Source: Malacoraja senta (lineage: Eukaryota). From it: a DNA stretch of 64,000 nt. The notes below the pieces were generated by a model, which was not told where the DNA came from, ran no database searches, and worked only from the letters and a program-made list of their open reading frames with translations. Location of the stretch: assembly GCA_038087875.1 (NCBI GenBank), contig CM075988.1, positions 14,634,001 to 14,698,000 of the forward strand, read 5' to 3'. Positions 11,156 to 23,432 of the stretch are shown piece after piece. Position 1 is the stretch's first letter. Each line of letters opens with the position of its first letter. The position numbers and the translations under genes are program-made.

Positions 11156-11310
11156 TTTCAAAGCTCTGTGTTTTCACACCGTGGATTAAATCCAGGTGCT
11201 CACTGCACTAATTGACTCTATTTGAGTAAGCACAATCAACAATGCATAACCACAACATTAAATGTAATCAGTTAATGGTTTTATTTATTTTAACAAAAGT
11301 AACCCATTTA

Positions 11311-12302
11311 TCATAATGGGGGATTTAATACTGAATCCAGCACGGCATCACCAAACACCCCGGGATCTTTAATCTCCTTATGGTAATACTTGTGAAACAT
11401 CTGTTCACTTGCCCATCCTGCGGCCGCGAGGATAAGGTCTATTGGAACGTCTGAATCCCTGGCCGCCGATGTTGATGCCGCCCTGGTGGAATGAGATTTA
11501 AATTTATCAGTATCAATACCTGAATAAATCAACACCTGTTTCAACCATCTTGAAATTATCTGTGTTGCCACTTTCTTATGAGGACTTTTATGACTAATAA
11601 AAAATGCTAATTCTGTGCCTCTTAAGATTCTGGTTGTTTCCATGTAACATCTTATATATGTTGCTACACATAGCCGTGGATCCGTAGGATATGCTGAAAA
11701 CTCCAACTTACATCACGTGAACCCAGGTCTACTTTGTTTCAGCAAATCATAGACATAGAATGTAACAGCATTCGCCCCTACTTTCATTCTGTCAATTCTT
11801 AATTTCTGTAATGTTTGAACTCTCTGAGCTGAAACTAATGCCATGAGCATAACCAACTTCATGGTGATTTTGGCTAATGACAGTTTCAATAGGATTCCAT
11901 TCCCTCAGCAGCATCAGTACATATTTTACATTCCAGATTTCTGTATACCTAGGTCTAGGAGGATTGGAGTTGAAAATTCCCTTCATAAACCTACAGACCC
12001 AAGGATGTGATCCTATTGGATTTTGTTCTGATTCACTGCTTAAATATGCAGAGAGTGCACCGTGCAGTATTGATTGCACTATAACTTAATTTTAATTTGT
12101 AGTAAAGAGTTGAAAGAAACTCTAATACATCTGAAATTTCAGCTGTGTTATATGCAATATTCTTTTCTGAACAAAACACCTCCCATTTCTTTATATAAGA
12201 AATGTACTGCTTCTGGGTACTATTCCTCCAGGCTGCTACCATAACATCCACCGTACGGTCTAATAATCCTCTTCCAAGATATGGCCTTTTCAGAATCTGC
12301 AA
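11311..12302 (-). pseudogene. DIRS copy B tyrosine recombinase (frameshifted)
   Basis: ORF pieces 12033-12302, 11792-12079 and 11311-11706. Catalytic-type residues are visible: SAQRVQ (R), LLKQSRPG (K), SHSTRAAS (HxxR), AAGW, FHKYY. Confidence 0.93.
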
Positions 12303-12660
12303 ATCAACAAACCAATACGATCATGTAAAGGATGTGGTTCATTAGTTACAGGGTTTACAAGCAGTTTCACCTGCTTTGGAATCACCATAAGGGGTTCTTT
12401 GATTATGTTTAACACCAGTGGGTACCATAGCTGTGTAGGCCAATCTGGCACCACCAAAATCCTCGAGGCTGAGTCCTGTTTAATTTTCTGTATGCATCGA
12501 TTGATTAAACAAAATGGAGGAAATGCGTACAGAAACATATCACCCCAATGTAGCGAGAAAGCATCCACCGCTACTGCACCAGGATCAGGTTCCCATGACA
12601 CTTAGGCAATTGGTGGTTAAGTCTTGATGCAAACAAATCAATCTCTGGCATTCCAAATTG
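12290..12660 (-). pseudogene. DIRS copy B DNA N6-adenine methyltransferase-like domain (one frameshift near 12600)
   Basis: PEIDLFASRLNHQL ... SWEPDPGAVAVDAFSLHW ... LYAFPPF ... LVVPDWPTQLWYP, the MT-like motifs that follow RNase H in DIRS elements. Confidence 0.85.
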
Positions 12661-14170
12661 TGTTACAATTTGCTTAAATATTTCCTGATGCAACATCCAT
12701 TCTGTATTATTATTAAATTTACGTGATCTTTTGTCTGCAATTATGTTAAATTTTCCTGGTAAATATATTGCTGACAGACAGATTTTCCTGGCAATACACC
12801 AGGTCCAAATTTCATTTGCCAATTTATCACATGATTCTGACTTGATACCACCCATGTGATTTATGTATGCTACAGCTGTAGTATTGTCAACCTGTACCTG
12901 AACATGCACATTTTCCATATTAGTGCAATAAGCTTTAAGGCCATAAAATGCTCCTAACAGCTCTAGGTAATTTATCCCTTGATTTTCAAGCAAAGGTACT
13001 TCATCCACATTCCACCTACCTCCACAGCTGGAAATCATGTTAGTTGCGCCCCATCCAAGAGCACTTACATCAGTCTGTAGAATGACGGAAGGTGTTTCTA
13101 CCAAAACTTTTCTGGAAGCATTAGAGACATTGTTAATCCACCATTCTATTTCTGTAATGGGTCCAATTGTCAATTGCATGGGCCTGTCAAAATGCCCTGT
13201 ATTCATTTTTAATGCTTGTACCTTAGCCCTCTGCAAACATTGATAATGCAATGGTCCAAATCTTACAGCTGTAAAAGCAGCAATTAATTTGCCCAGCAAG
13301 CTTGCCACATGTCTAATTGAAGACTTATCCTCGTTTATGAGCTTAGTGCAACCTTCAATTAACTGCAGCCTTTTGTCTTTTGGCAAGGTGATTACCATGT
13401 GTTCAGAGTTAATTGTGAACCCCAGGTAATCAATCTTCTTGCTTGGTAACAATTTTGATTTTTGTAGGTGAATAATGAAACCCATTTTTATAAAAATGTA
13501 CGACTCTAGATACTGACAACATTGCGGTAGCCAAAGTGTCCCCCACAATCAGAATATCATCTAAATAAGCCATTAATACATGGCCCTCAGCTCTTAGCAG
13601 AGCTAAAATTGGTTTGAGTAATTTTGTGAATAATCTTGGTGCTGAAGTCAGACCATTGGGCAATGCTTTAAATTGCCATAACTGACTCATCCATCTAAAT
13701 TTCAAATATTTTTGATCATTACCATGCTTTGCCACAGAATAATATGCATCTTGCAGATCTATGCTTGCCATGTAGCAATTACTTGTGACCAGCTGAATGG
13801 CATTAGTAAATGTTTCCATTTTGAAATGTTTATATTGTACATAAAGGTTAAGACTTGTCAGATCCAGAATGATTCTACATCAACCATCCTTTTTTGTTCT
13901 AGGAAAAATATTTGACACAAACTGATGGTGTTGTTCTACTGACTTTTCTATTACCCCTTTTTCGCATAAAATTTTCAATTCTCCCTCGATCAGCTTATTC
14001 TCTTCCTTTGAGAAAATCCATGACCGGTTTGAATTATGCTGAATAGGAGGATCCATATGTGGATAGAACTCAATTTTGAATCCCACAATGCTGCACAGTA
14101 TAAATGAATCATTTGTTATTAATTGCCATTCTTTTAGGAAGAATCGTAACCTTCCCCCAATTTGTGAGTG
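12661..14170 (-). pseudogene. DIRS copy B reverse transcriptase and RNase H
   Basis: IGGRLRFFLKEW, YMASIDLQDAYYSV, LPNGLTSAPRLFTK, YLDD, LQTDVSALGWG, INYLELLG, QVDNTTAVAYINHMGG, LPGKFNIIADKRSR. In-frame TGA at 13880-13882 and a frameshift near 13505. Confidence 0.95.
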
Positions 14171-15682
14171 TGAAACATTTGTTGTGTTTCTTACCAGACC
14201 AGGCCCCCCTACCTCGGGGTTTGCCACCGGCAAATGTTGTCCCCTTCTAGTAGGCACGTTGTAACCTCCACGTATCCCCGGTGCAGCACGCCAACATGTA
14301 TATGAGAATGATCGGCTTGTTCCTTCTCCAGCACCAGCATTCCGCACCACTCTGCTCAGCACAGGTGGTTTCATCATCATACCACTCATGGTCTTTGACT
14401 CTTCATTTAAGTCCTTTAGCTTCTTTGCTAGATTTTCTCCAAAAAACAGATTAGGCATTTGTATATTGGATGGTTTGCAGAGCCCTGCATACTTAGGATG
14501 AATATTTGGTCTTATTGCATTTTTATGAATACAGTTTATTTCAAAGTGCGCACTACACATGAGTGCTAAGGCATCTTGTTGTGAATCTGATATAAAATCC
14601 AACCCCCTGGCAAACGCCATAATGCCTGACCCCAGCAATTTCAGCACTCGTTGTAATTTAAATTCTTGTGAGCGTAATCCAATGCTCAAATAACCCCACA
14701 TCAAGTTATTCACCGCTGGAACTGCTCGCAATTCACAATTTGCCGGGGTCTCATACTTTTTAATAGTCTCATCCACAGTTAATTCCTGGAGCTGATGGGA
14801 GAGCAGATAATTTATAGTCATTGCTATTTCCTCTCTCAAAGGTTCCCCTGTTACTCTGGGAACAGCAAACTTTTGTGTCAGCCCTGGAACTTTGAGCTCT
14901 GATAATGGGCTCTGGTCCTCATATAAATCATCATCTGAATCTAGATGTTCATCTTCATGATGGGAAATTTCTAGCTCCCCTGTTTCAGGTAAGTCTCTGC
15001 CAGATTCCCCCTGCGCGGGCTCTCTTGTAGGCCCACGGATAGGCAACCCTGTTTCAGGTGCTGCTGGCGCTGGCTCAATTCTAGGCCAACGCTTCATTTG
15101 TTTTTCTTTTGACATTGTCGGTGCTGGCACATTTTTCATCCCACGTTTCTACTGCCTTTGTTCAGGCATTTCTAGTACTGGCTCTCCGGTAGACCAACAC
15201 ATATATTGCCTTTTTGCGGGCATTTCGGGCACTGGCTCTCCTGTAGGCCAACCACTGTAATGTTTCTGCACAGGCATTCCTGATGGCTCTCCTGTAGGCC
15301 ACCCTTGTGCCTGTCCCATCCAAGGCACCCCCAGTGCTATATCCTCGATAGGCCAACACGGACTGAAATCCTCCTGTGGGGGTTCTTTATAAATCATTTT
15401 CCCCATCAGAAGTTCCAAACTCGCGACCCTCGCAGCCATTATATTTTCTGCCTGAGGAGGGTATATCTCCGGGTCTGACTCATCGGAGTCTACAGGTCGG
15501 GCCGACTTTTGTCCTGCCTTGCGCCCCGCCGCCGGCGGTATAACGGCACTATCGACCGCAACGGGAGTTAATGGCCTCGCTGCCACTGACTCCTCTAACT
15601 GACGCCCGCTACCCTCAGGATCTTGGGTTGTACCTGCGGTGCGTCCCTGGCTGCCTCTCCTTCCCCTATGCCCTTTCTCCAT
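14171..15682 (-). pseudogene. DIRS copy B ORF1 (gag-like)
   Basis: ORFs 15149-15682 and 13880-15139 share a frame, separated by one TAG. Contains YETPANCELRAVPAVNNLMW and LFFGENLAKKLKDL; the gag assignment is by position. Confidence 0.8.
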
Positions 15683-15842
15683 AATAAACTTGCGTGGAGC
15701 TCCACCAACAGGTCTGACGAGAAAAAAGCGCTCCTGGAAGTGAAAGTGAAAGCACTTACCTTCCGACTTTTTGCTTTACTCACCGCTTGGAGGAGCTCCT
15801 GCTCCTCCACACACGGTCATGAACGCTATGCGTCTGACGATA

Positions 15843-15906
15843 TGACGCGTGTGCGGCTGGACGGGGTCTTCTTCACGTAGTCCCCTCACGTGACTCCGAA
15901 GTAAAA
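15843..15906. repeat. DIRS copy B left ITR
   Basis: tgacgcgtgtgcggctggacggggtcttcttcacgtagtcccctcacgtgactccgaagtaaaa. Confidence 0.93.
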
Positions 15907-17484
15907 TTAATACATTTCCCTCCACTAAATCCCATGGAAAGTAATCCCTGTGGAGCACCACAATCTCATATCGATGACCCAGAGTGAGGTAACACGATAA
16001 TTTTAGGCTCCCATTTTGAATGCCATGAATATGTTTTGAAAAACATCCTTGACCACAGTTTGGGAATTTCTGCTTTCCTGTGGAAATAACTAACATTACT
16101 TAGCATGGAACTATCGTTCTTTGCAATCATAGTAATACAGCCATATTGTTGGGCGATAACATTCCTAGAGAATCGTCTGTATCATGATTTTCTAAAATGT
16201 GAAGCCAGGTCATCTGCACGTGCATCAAAAAACACAAGCCGGAACAAGATTATTTTGGGCAGATTAATTTTTTTTCCCCACACAAATTCCAACAGAGTGA
16301 ATTTTATTCTATATATCAAAATGATTTGTAAACACAGCAAGCGCAAACATATTTGAAAAGCACTAACATCTTTATTAACAAAAGGCAAATAAATGAATGC
16401 CTTTTTAAAAAACTGAATATAACAAATTGTAAGTAACAACTTTGGAAAGGATAATTCGACTGATTGCGCTTATTTCCAAACGCCAGTTTAAAGAGATTTG
16501 AAATAACGTGATCAATTGTGTTTGGGGTATTTTAACAATTATGTAGTTCACATTTAAATTAAATGGTTTAACAGAATATTAATAACTGCAAAATGTACCC
16601 AATAATGGCAGTTGAATTATCGATAAACCTTTACGTGAAATCTAATTCATGAAAGAGTGTGATTACTTTTTGACAGGTTCCAAGTTCAATAGAACAATTA
16701 TCGTTTGTCTAAGTTTTCATCTGCTGCGGTGTATGGCTGGAGTTCTTCACAAAGTGAAAGAAATTCAATGCAAAATAATGAACTGTAATTTAAAAAGAGA
16801 GCTTCAGTTGCAACACAAGATAATAAGGGTTTCCAAGCACTGCCAGTGATTGATGTTGGTCAATTCCGCTGAATTTTAATTATCCATTTGTATGTTGATC
16901 ACTTTAAAAATACACCACATTATCTTACACCTCAGTTCCCTCCTATCACCGAGTTGATATAGTATTGATGAAGGAAATTCTGAAAATTATCATGAAGAAG
17001 ACTGGTTTGTAATCTGTTTAACCCAAGGGCTTACATAGTGGGAAAACATGATGGGAAAAGAGGCCAACTTATGTTCGGAGAGGCAATAAATAGATTCATC
17101 ATGGTATTTAGGTTCCATAGCAAAGTTAAAATAAAGATTGGGGGGTGTAAATTAAGCTGAGGGCAATAAATCTGATCAGGGAGTAGTGACTTTTATTGTG
17201 CCCATTTGTCAGATGAACAGGAGGTGGTTTTGTAAATAGCAGGGAGCATAAGAACATAAGAAAGACAAAGATCTTTGCAGAGATATTGATCAATGATGAA
17301 TTATTTCAAAAATATAGAATCCACATGTAATCTTTGTGACATAACAATATAAAATGCAGTGGGTATTGTGAATCATCTAAATACTCGATTCATAAACACC
17401 AGATTCAGGGTACAGGCTAAATACTACATTCCCTCCTACAGTATATAACATGCTAAAATCATATAGCAGTCAATTTGTGTGCAA

Positions 17485-17735
17485 AAAAGATACAAAGTGT
17501 TGGAGTAACAGCGATCCAAGCAGCATCTCTGGAGAATATCAATAGGTGACATTTTGGGTTGGGACGTTCCTTTGGACTGATTGTCAGGGACTGACTATAA
17601 TCAGTCTGAAGAATGATACTGACCTGAAATGTTACGTATCCATGTTCTCCAGAGATGCTGCCTGACCCGTTGAGTTACTCTTGCAATTTGTGTTCTTTTG
17701 TGTATTAACTAGCATTGGCAGTTCCTTGCTTCTAC
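17485..17735. repeat. Penelope-derived head-to-head repeat pair
   Basis: cagcatctctggagaa (17521) is mirrored by ttctccagagatgctg (17646), with a central tcagtctgaagaa. Confidence 0.65.
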
Positions 17736-18109
17736 AATTTGTGTGCAAGGTTCTTTAAATGTTTTGTAAAAGTCACTCCAACAAAGAGTGGCTTTTGTAT
17801 AACATAGAAAAAAACTTTGCACACAAGTTGAATTGCTGCATAATTTTAGCAGACCATTGATTCCACTGAATCAATGTAATGCCGTCAACCTGAATTGTTA
17901 ACTGTTTCTCTAGAGATGCTGCATGATATGTTTAGTATTTCTAGCATTTTCTGTTTTAATTTGTCTGAAAATGGCTCCAGTCACATACATGCTGGGTATC
18001 CATGCTAACGTTGTGGTACAGACGAAGGTAATCAACAAAGTATTTGCTTTAAAAAATTAAAAGTGCTGGAAACACTCAGCTGGTCAGGCAGCATGTGTGG
18101 GGAAGTGGG

Positions 18110-18932
18110 AAATGTGAGGTTATCCACTTTGGTAGCAAAAACAGGAAGGCAGATTACTATCTAAATGGCGTCAAGTTGGGAAAAGGGGAAGTACAACGAG
18201 ATCTGGGGGGTCCTTGTACATCAGTCTATGAAAGTAAGCATGCAGGCAGTGAAGAAAGCGAATGGCATGTTGGCCTTTATAACAAGAGGAATCAAATATA
18301 GCCTTTATAACAAGAGGAATCAAATATAGGAGCAAAGAGGTCCTTCTGCAGTTGTACAGAGCCCTAGTGAGGCCACACCTGGAGTATTGTGTGCAGTTTT
18401 GGTCCCCTAATTTGAGGAAGGACATTCGTGCTATTGAGGGAGTGCAGCGTAGGTTTACAAGGTCAATTCCCGGGATGGCGGGACTGTCATATGCTAAGAG
18501 AATGGAGCAGCTGGGCTTGTACACTCTGGAGTTTAGAAGGATGAGAGGGTATCTCATTGAAACATATAAGATTGTTAAGGGCTTGGACACGCTAGAGGCA
18601 GGAAACATGTTCCCGATGTTGGGGGAGTCCAGAACCAGGGGCCACAGTTTAAGAATAAGGAGTAAGCCATTTAGAACGGAGACGAGGAAACACTTTTTCT
18701 CACAGAGAATGGTGAGCCTATGGAATTCTCTGCCTCAGAGGGCAGTGGAGGCAGGTTCTCTGGATGCTTTCAAGAGAGAGCTAGATAGGGCTCTTAAAAA
18801 TAGCGGTCAGGGGATATGGGGAGAAGGCAGGAACGGGGTACTGATTGGGGATGATCAGCCATGATCACATTGAAAGGCGGTGCTGGCTCGAAGGGCCAAA
18901 TGGCCTACTCCTGCACCTATTGTCTATTGTCT
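18110..18932 (+). mobile_element. CR1/HER1-like LINE, RT C-terminus plus 3' UTR
   Basis: KCEVIHFG, LYRALVRPHLEYCVQFWSP, RTRGHSLRI, FFSQRMVSLWNSLP; tail ctattgtctattgtct. Internal 28-bp tandem duplication at about 18273-18328. Confidence 0.92.
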
Positions 18933-19834
18933 AAATAGTGCATGTTTTAGTCTGGGATCTATCATGAGGACTGGGAAATAATTTACTTTGCCAGGTTATA
19001 TAACAGTATCTGCTGCTAGTTAGTTTTTCCCAAGAACATACTAAGTTCCCGAAAATGCTTACTGATCGTTATGCAGCAAGGAAAAGTGGTATGTAGTGAA
19101 CGGGATCAATATCTGTTTACCTCCTTCAGTTATGTAAGAAGGAACTGCAGATGCTGGTTAAAACAGAAGATAGACACAAAAAGCTGGAGTAACAGGCAGC
19201 ATCTCTGGAGAGAAGGAATAGGTGACGTTTTGGGAGTTACTCCAGCTTTTTGTGTCTACCTCCTTGTTGCTCAATTAATGGCTTGTAAAATAGTGCTAAG
19301 TCCAATTTATCAGTGTGCAAAATTGATGCCAAATCAAATACTGAAAGTGAAATAAAAAGAAAGAAATATTGTATTACAAGTTGGGAAAATGAAGAACGGT
19401 CATAAAATAGAATTTAAAAAAAAATTCTAACAATGTATAATGGGTATTATACCCAGTATAATGTATAATTGTTATTATACATTGATAACAATTATAATGT
19501 TTTATTCATGTCCTAAAGATGGGCAAATCCTAAAGATGTGCAAATAGATATGGCAAGTGTTTACTATAAATTCCCTCTCATGCAGGTAGGTGGTTGGAGA
19601 ATTAAGGGGAGTTGGTGGGTATGTGAAAATAGGTTACATGTGTAACCTAGTTTACATGGGTAACCTCATTCATAGGCTACTATTGTAAGAGGGCATATCA
19701 AAGGTAAAGAGTTGCTTTTGCAGTAATTAACATTTGTGAAACTGTTAAATAGGAGATATAATTAATATGAATCGAAACATCTTCCTATATTAAGTTTAGT
19801 TTGCAAACACCATGTGATTACAACCATGTCATGC

Positions 19835-20130
19835 CATTGAATATAACCCGAGTCAAAAAGTTTTGAGTTCAAGTCGCCTTCAGAGACTTGAAAATAAAGT
19901 TTGGTCTGAGACTTCAGTGTAGCACTGAGAAAGTTACACCACAGAAGTGTTATTTTCCACACGCATTATTACAGAACAAACTCTTCTCAAATCGGTATAA
20001 ATTATCCTTTGGCAATTTTTCCAGAATAGTTCTCCCCAATATCCTTGCCAATACTTATCTCCCAATCAATGTCAGGAAAACAGATCAGCTGGTCTTCATC
20101 ACACTGCTATTTGTTTGAGCTTGCTGTAAG
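19835..20130 (+). mobile_element. Decayed DeuSINE (SacSINE1/AmnSINE-like)
   Basis: gagttcaagtcgccttcagagacttga, acttcagtgtagcactgag, ccttgccaatacttatc and aaaacagatcagctggtcttcatcacactgctatttgtttgagcttgctgt resemble the Deu domain as recalled from memory. Confidence 0.6.
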
Positions 20131-20599
20131 TTAATGGAAATTAATTTTAGAAATGTTTCAATGGTTCTTTATTGTCACATGTACCGAGATAGAGTGAAAT
20201 TCCTTTTCTGCATACAGTTCAGTAAAAGCATTACTATACATAAGCACACAAGTACGGGTGTATAGGGATAGTACACTGGAAATGGAATAGAAAGTGTAGT
20301 GGTTGATATTTTCTTATGAGGAGGCCATTCAACCTATTGAGTCAATACTGCCTCTCAGAGCATTCCTATCATTCTCATTCTGACATTTATCTCCATGTAA
20401 ACTATTTTCACATACCCACCAACTCCCCCAACTCCTCCTAATTCTCCTACTACCTGGGTAGGGGGGTAATTATAGTAAACACTTGCCATATCTATTTGCG
20501 CATGTTTAGGACATGGAAAGAAACAAGATCAGCTTGGGGAAACCCTTGAAGTCACAAGGGAAACATGCAATCTCCACACAGTCAGCACCCAAGGTCTGA

Positions 20600-21180
20600 T
20601 GTGTAGGAAAGAACTGCAAAATGCTGGTTTAAATCGAAGGGTCTCTACCCGAAATGTCACCCATTCCTTCTCTGCAGAGATGCTGCCTGTCCCGCTGAGT
20701 TACTCCAGCATTTTGTGTTTACCCAAGGTCTGATCGCACCTTCCCCTTCCATTCCCACACTGACCTTTCTGTCCTGGGCCTCCTCCACTGTCAGAGTGAG
20801 GCCCAACACAAATTGGAGGAACAGCACCACATATTTGACTTGGGCAGCTTACAACCCAGTGGTATTAATATTGACTTATCTAACTTCAAGTAACCCTTGC
20901 TTTTCCTCTCTCTGCATCCCTCCCCCATCCTAGTTCTCCAACTAGTTTCACTGTCCTCCTGATTAAATGTTACTGATTGTATGCCCCGTTGTCACCTTCC
21001 TGTCAGTTAACATTGATCCATTCTCTGTTTTCCTTTGATCTCTCATTTTCACACTTTACCCTTCCATTTCTTTATCTCTCCCTCTCTCCAGCCTCAGACT
21101 GATGAAGAGTCTTGACCTGAAAAGTCACACATTCCTACTATCCACAGATGCTGAGTTACTACAGCATTTTGTGTCTAAAA
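20600..21180 (+). mobile_element. Penelope-like element 3' end (GIY-YIG C-terminal remnant plus pLTR-type repeat)
   Basis: About 20767-20893 reads SVLGLLHCQSEAQHKLEEQHHIFDLGSLQPSGINIDLSNFK*, then a pyrimidine tract and ctgatgaagagtcttgacctgaaa. Confidence 0.75.
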
Positions 21181-22109
21181 ATGCTATGGCAGCAGCTTTA
21201 CCAGAAGGACTGAAATAGCTCAAGGCAGCAGATCACCACCACCATCTCCAGGGTTAATAGGGATGAGCAATAAATGCTGGCCTTGCTTAGGTTTAGGTTT
21301 ATTATTGTCACATGTACTGAGGTCCAGTGAAAAGCTTTATTTTGGATGCTACCCAAACAAATGCAGAGTTCATAATATAGTTCTCAGTATTGTAGGACAT
21401 CTGTTCCTTAGACAGAGTCCAAAGTCCTCAGTGGGGTAGTGAATTGAACTGTACCCTAGAAGCTTAAATGCAGAGAAAAAGAGAACAAAAAGTAGAAAAA
21501 AAAGCTTTCCATTAACAATATCATATTTTTGCTTTCACGAGCATAAGCAATCATCTGTAATAGTAAATGTGAAGGAAAGAAATTCATATCTACAAAATGG
21601 TAAAACAACCAATTAATGAAGACTGGTTTAGCAATTTGATAAAGCAAATTAACTTTGCTAAACTGATGATAGAACTCTTCCCACCCACCACCTCCAAAGT
21701 TTGTAAATTAGTATCGGTGTGATCTGTGAGTGTATTCACTCTACTGAATTTTATTTTTGATGATGTGTCAACATTTTTATGACTCTGGAATTGCTAAGTG
21801 TTCAGTTCTATATTTGTCATAGTTTGGAGCCAGAATTAGAATCTGAATGCAAAAAGTGCGAAACCATATAACTGTTCAAGGAAACAAAACATCTGCTTCT
21901 CAAATTAAGTGTCATTCGTGCTGAGAGTAATTTCTAAATAGGTACAGGGAAATATTCATCTTGAGCATGTTAAAGGAAAACCTTCCTATTCTATCCATGT
22001 GCAAAAATATATCAACCATGGTGTCTGCCATCTGAGGCCTGTAAGGCAAAAGCTGCTGTTAGGCCTATTTTTATTTAAGCCCTAGAATGAATAACCATCT
22101 TGCAACAAG

Positions 22110-22407
22110 CTGGTGGCACTGCAGCACCATGGCGCAGCTGTAGAGTTGCTGCCTTACAGTGCCAGTGACCCGGGTTAGATCCTGACTCTGGGTGCTGTCT
22201 CTACGGAGTTTGTACGTTTTCCCCGTAACCTGTGTGGGTTTCCTCCTGCACTCCAAAGTCGTATAGATTAATTGGTTTGGTAAAATTGTAAATTGTCCCT
22301 AGTGTGTGTAGGATAGTGCTAGCGTGCGTGCATCGTTGGTAGGCGTGGACTCGGTGGGCCGAAGGACCTGTATCCACGCTGTATCTCTAAACTAAACTAA
22401 ACTAAAC
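22110..22407 (+). mobile_element. tRNA-derived SINE (HE1-like)
   Basis: A/B-box-like head (tggcgcagctgtagag...gggttagatcc), CR1-type tail gggccgaagg...ctctaaactaaactaaac; at least 10 related copies in the window. Confidence 0.8.
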
Positions 22408-23084
22408 TCCCATCTACCTGTTACTGTATATATTTGGACCCCAGAGACTGATTCCTTTTCAGCTGCCATGTTAACATATCATTAAGCAGTTTGTAGCACT
22501 GCAATTAAATTGTTGTTAAATCCTGGTTTTATTCATTTTAAGTCGACTGCGTTTTTCTCAACCAGGTGCTTTCAAACAACAATGTTGTTGGACAAAAATA
22601 ATTATTGCTTTTTAAAATACACATTCATTTTTTTGCACTGGTATTGTGATTATTTTTAATCGAGTACCACCCTTCGCCTCAATATTATTTCTGTTATGTT
22701 CTCTGTGGAAACTGCACACCACAATATGTCACCTTCAATGGAATAAGGGAGGCAAATATGATTTTGTCAGCTCCACTAATATTTATGGTACTGCTTGAGA
22801 AGAGCAATCCGAAAAATATCTCAGATTAATAATGAGGAAAACACCTCTCAGAGGAGCATGCTACCTTAGAGTTAAATACACAGAGTGCGAGCACAATTCA
22901 ACGGGTCAGGCAGCATCTCTGGAGAACAGGGATAGGTTATGCTTCACGTCCAAGACCTTGTGCAGGTCGACAGTGATGGGGGAAAGAAAGCTGGAAGAGA
23001 GGAGGGAAAGGACAAAGCCTGGCAAATGATAGTTAGATACAGATGAGGGTTGATATGCAGATGATTAGACTTGGATTCATGGGA

Positions 23085-23432
23085 TTCAAACTGCGGAGCA
23101 TCCTGTGCAATACAGCTCACCCCCTCCATGACATTGGTCAACCTGAGGAATACCTTCAGCAACAGACTGGTTCCACCAAGATGCAGCATAGAATGCCACA
23201 GGAGATCCTTCTTCGCTGTGGCTATCAAACTGTACGACTCCTCCCCCTTCTGTCGTGGGGTAGACTGAGACTGAGACTGACTCCTCCCCCCCTCCAAAAT
23301 CTTTGCACATCCCCAATCCTTTCCACTCGTCACTTTAATTTCATGTTTCATGTATTTTGTGTTTTTGTGTTTTTATGACTGCTGGCAAATCAATTTCCCT
23401 CCTGGGATAAATAAAGCTCTATCGTGTCGTAT
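23085..23432 (+). mobile_element. Rex1/Babar-like (L2-related) LINE 3' fragment
   Basis: KLRSILCNTAHPLHD / LVNLRNTFSNRLVPPRCSIECHRRSFFAVAIKLYDS, then a tail with cctgggataaataaag. Confidence 0.7.

Larger units (their letters stand above)
10819..15906 (-). mobile_element. DIRS-type tyrosine-recombinase retrotransposon, copy B (full length, few lesions)
   Basis: Left ITR 15843-15906, ICR 11043-11155, right ITR 10819-10928. Recognisable gag, RT (YLDD), RNase H, MT-like and YR (HSTR, GW, YY) domains; no TSD. Confidence 0.96.

Noticed and set aside
22110..22200. tRNA-like A/B boxes as tRNA genes
   Set aside because: They are SINE heads continuing into SINE bodies and CR1-type tails; no complete cloverleaf.
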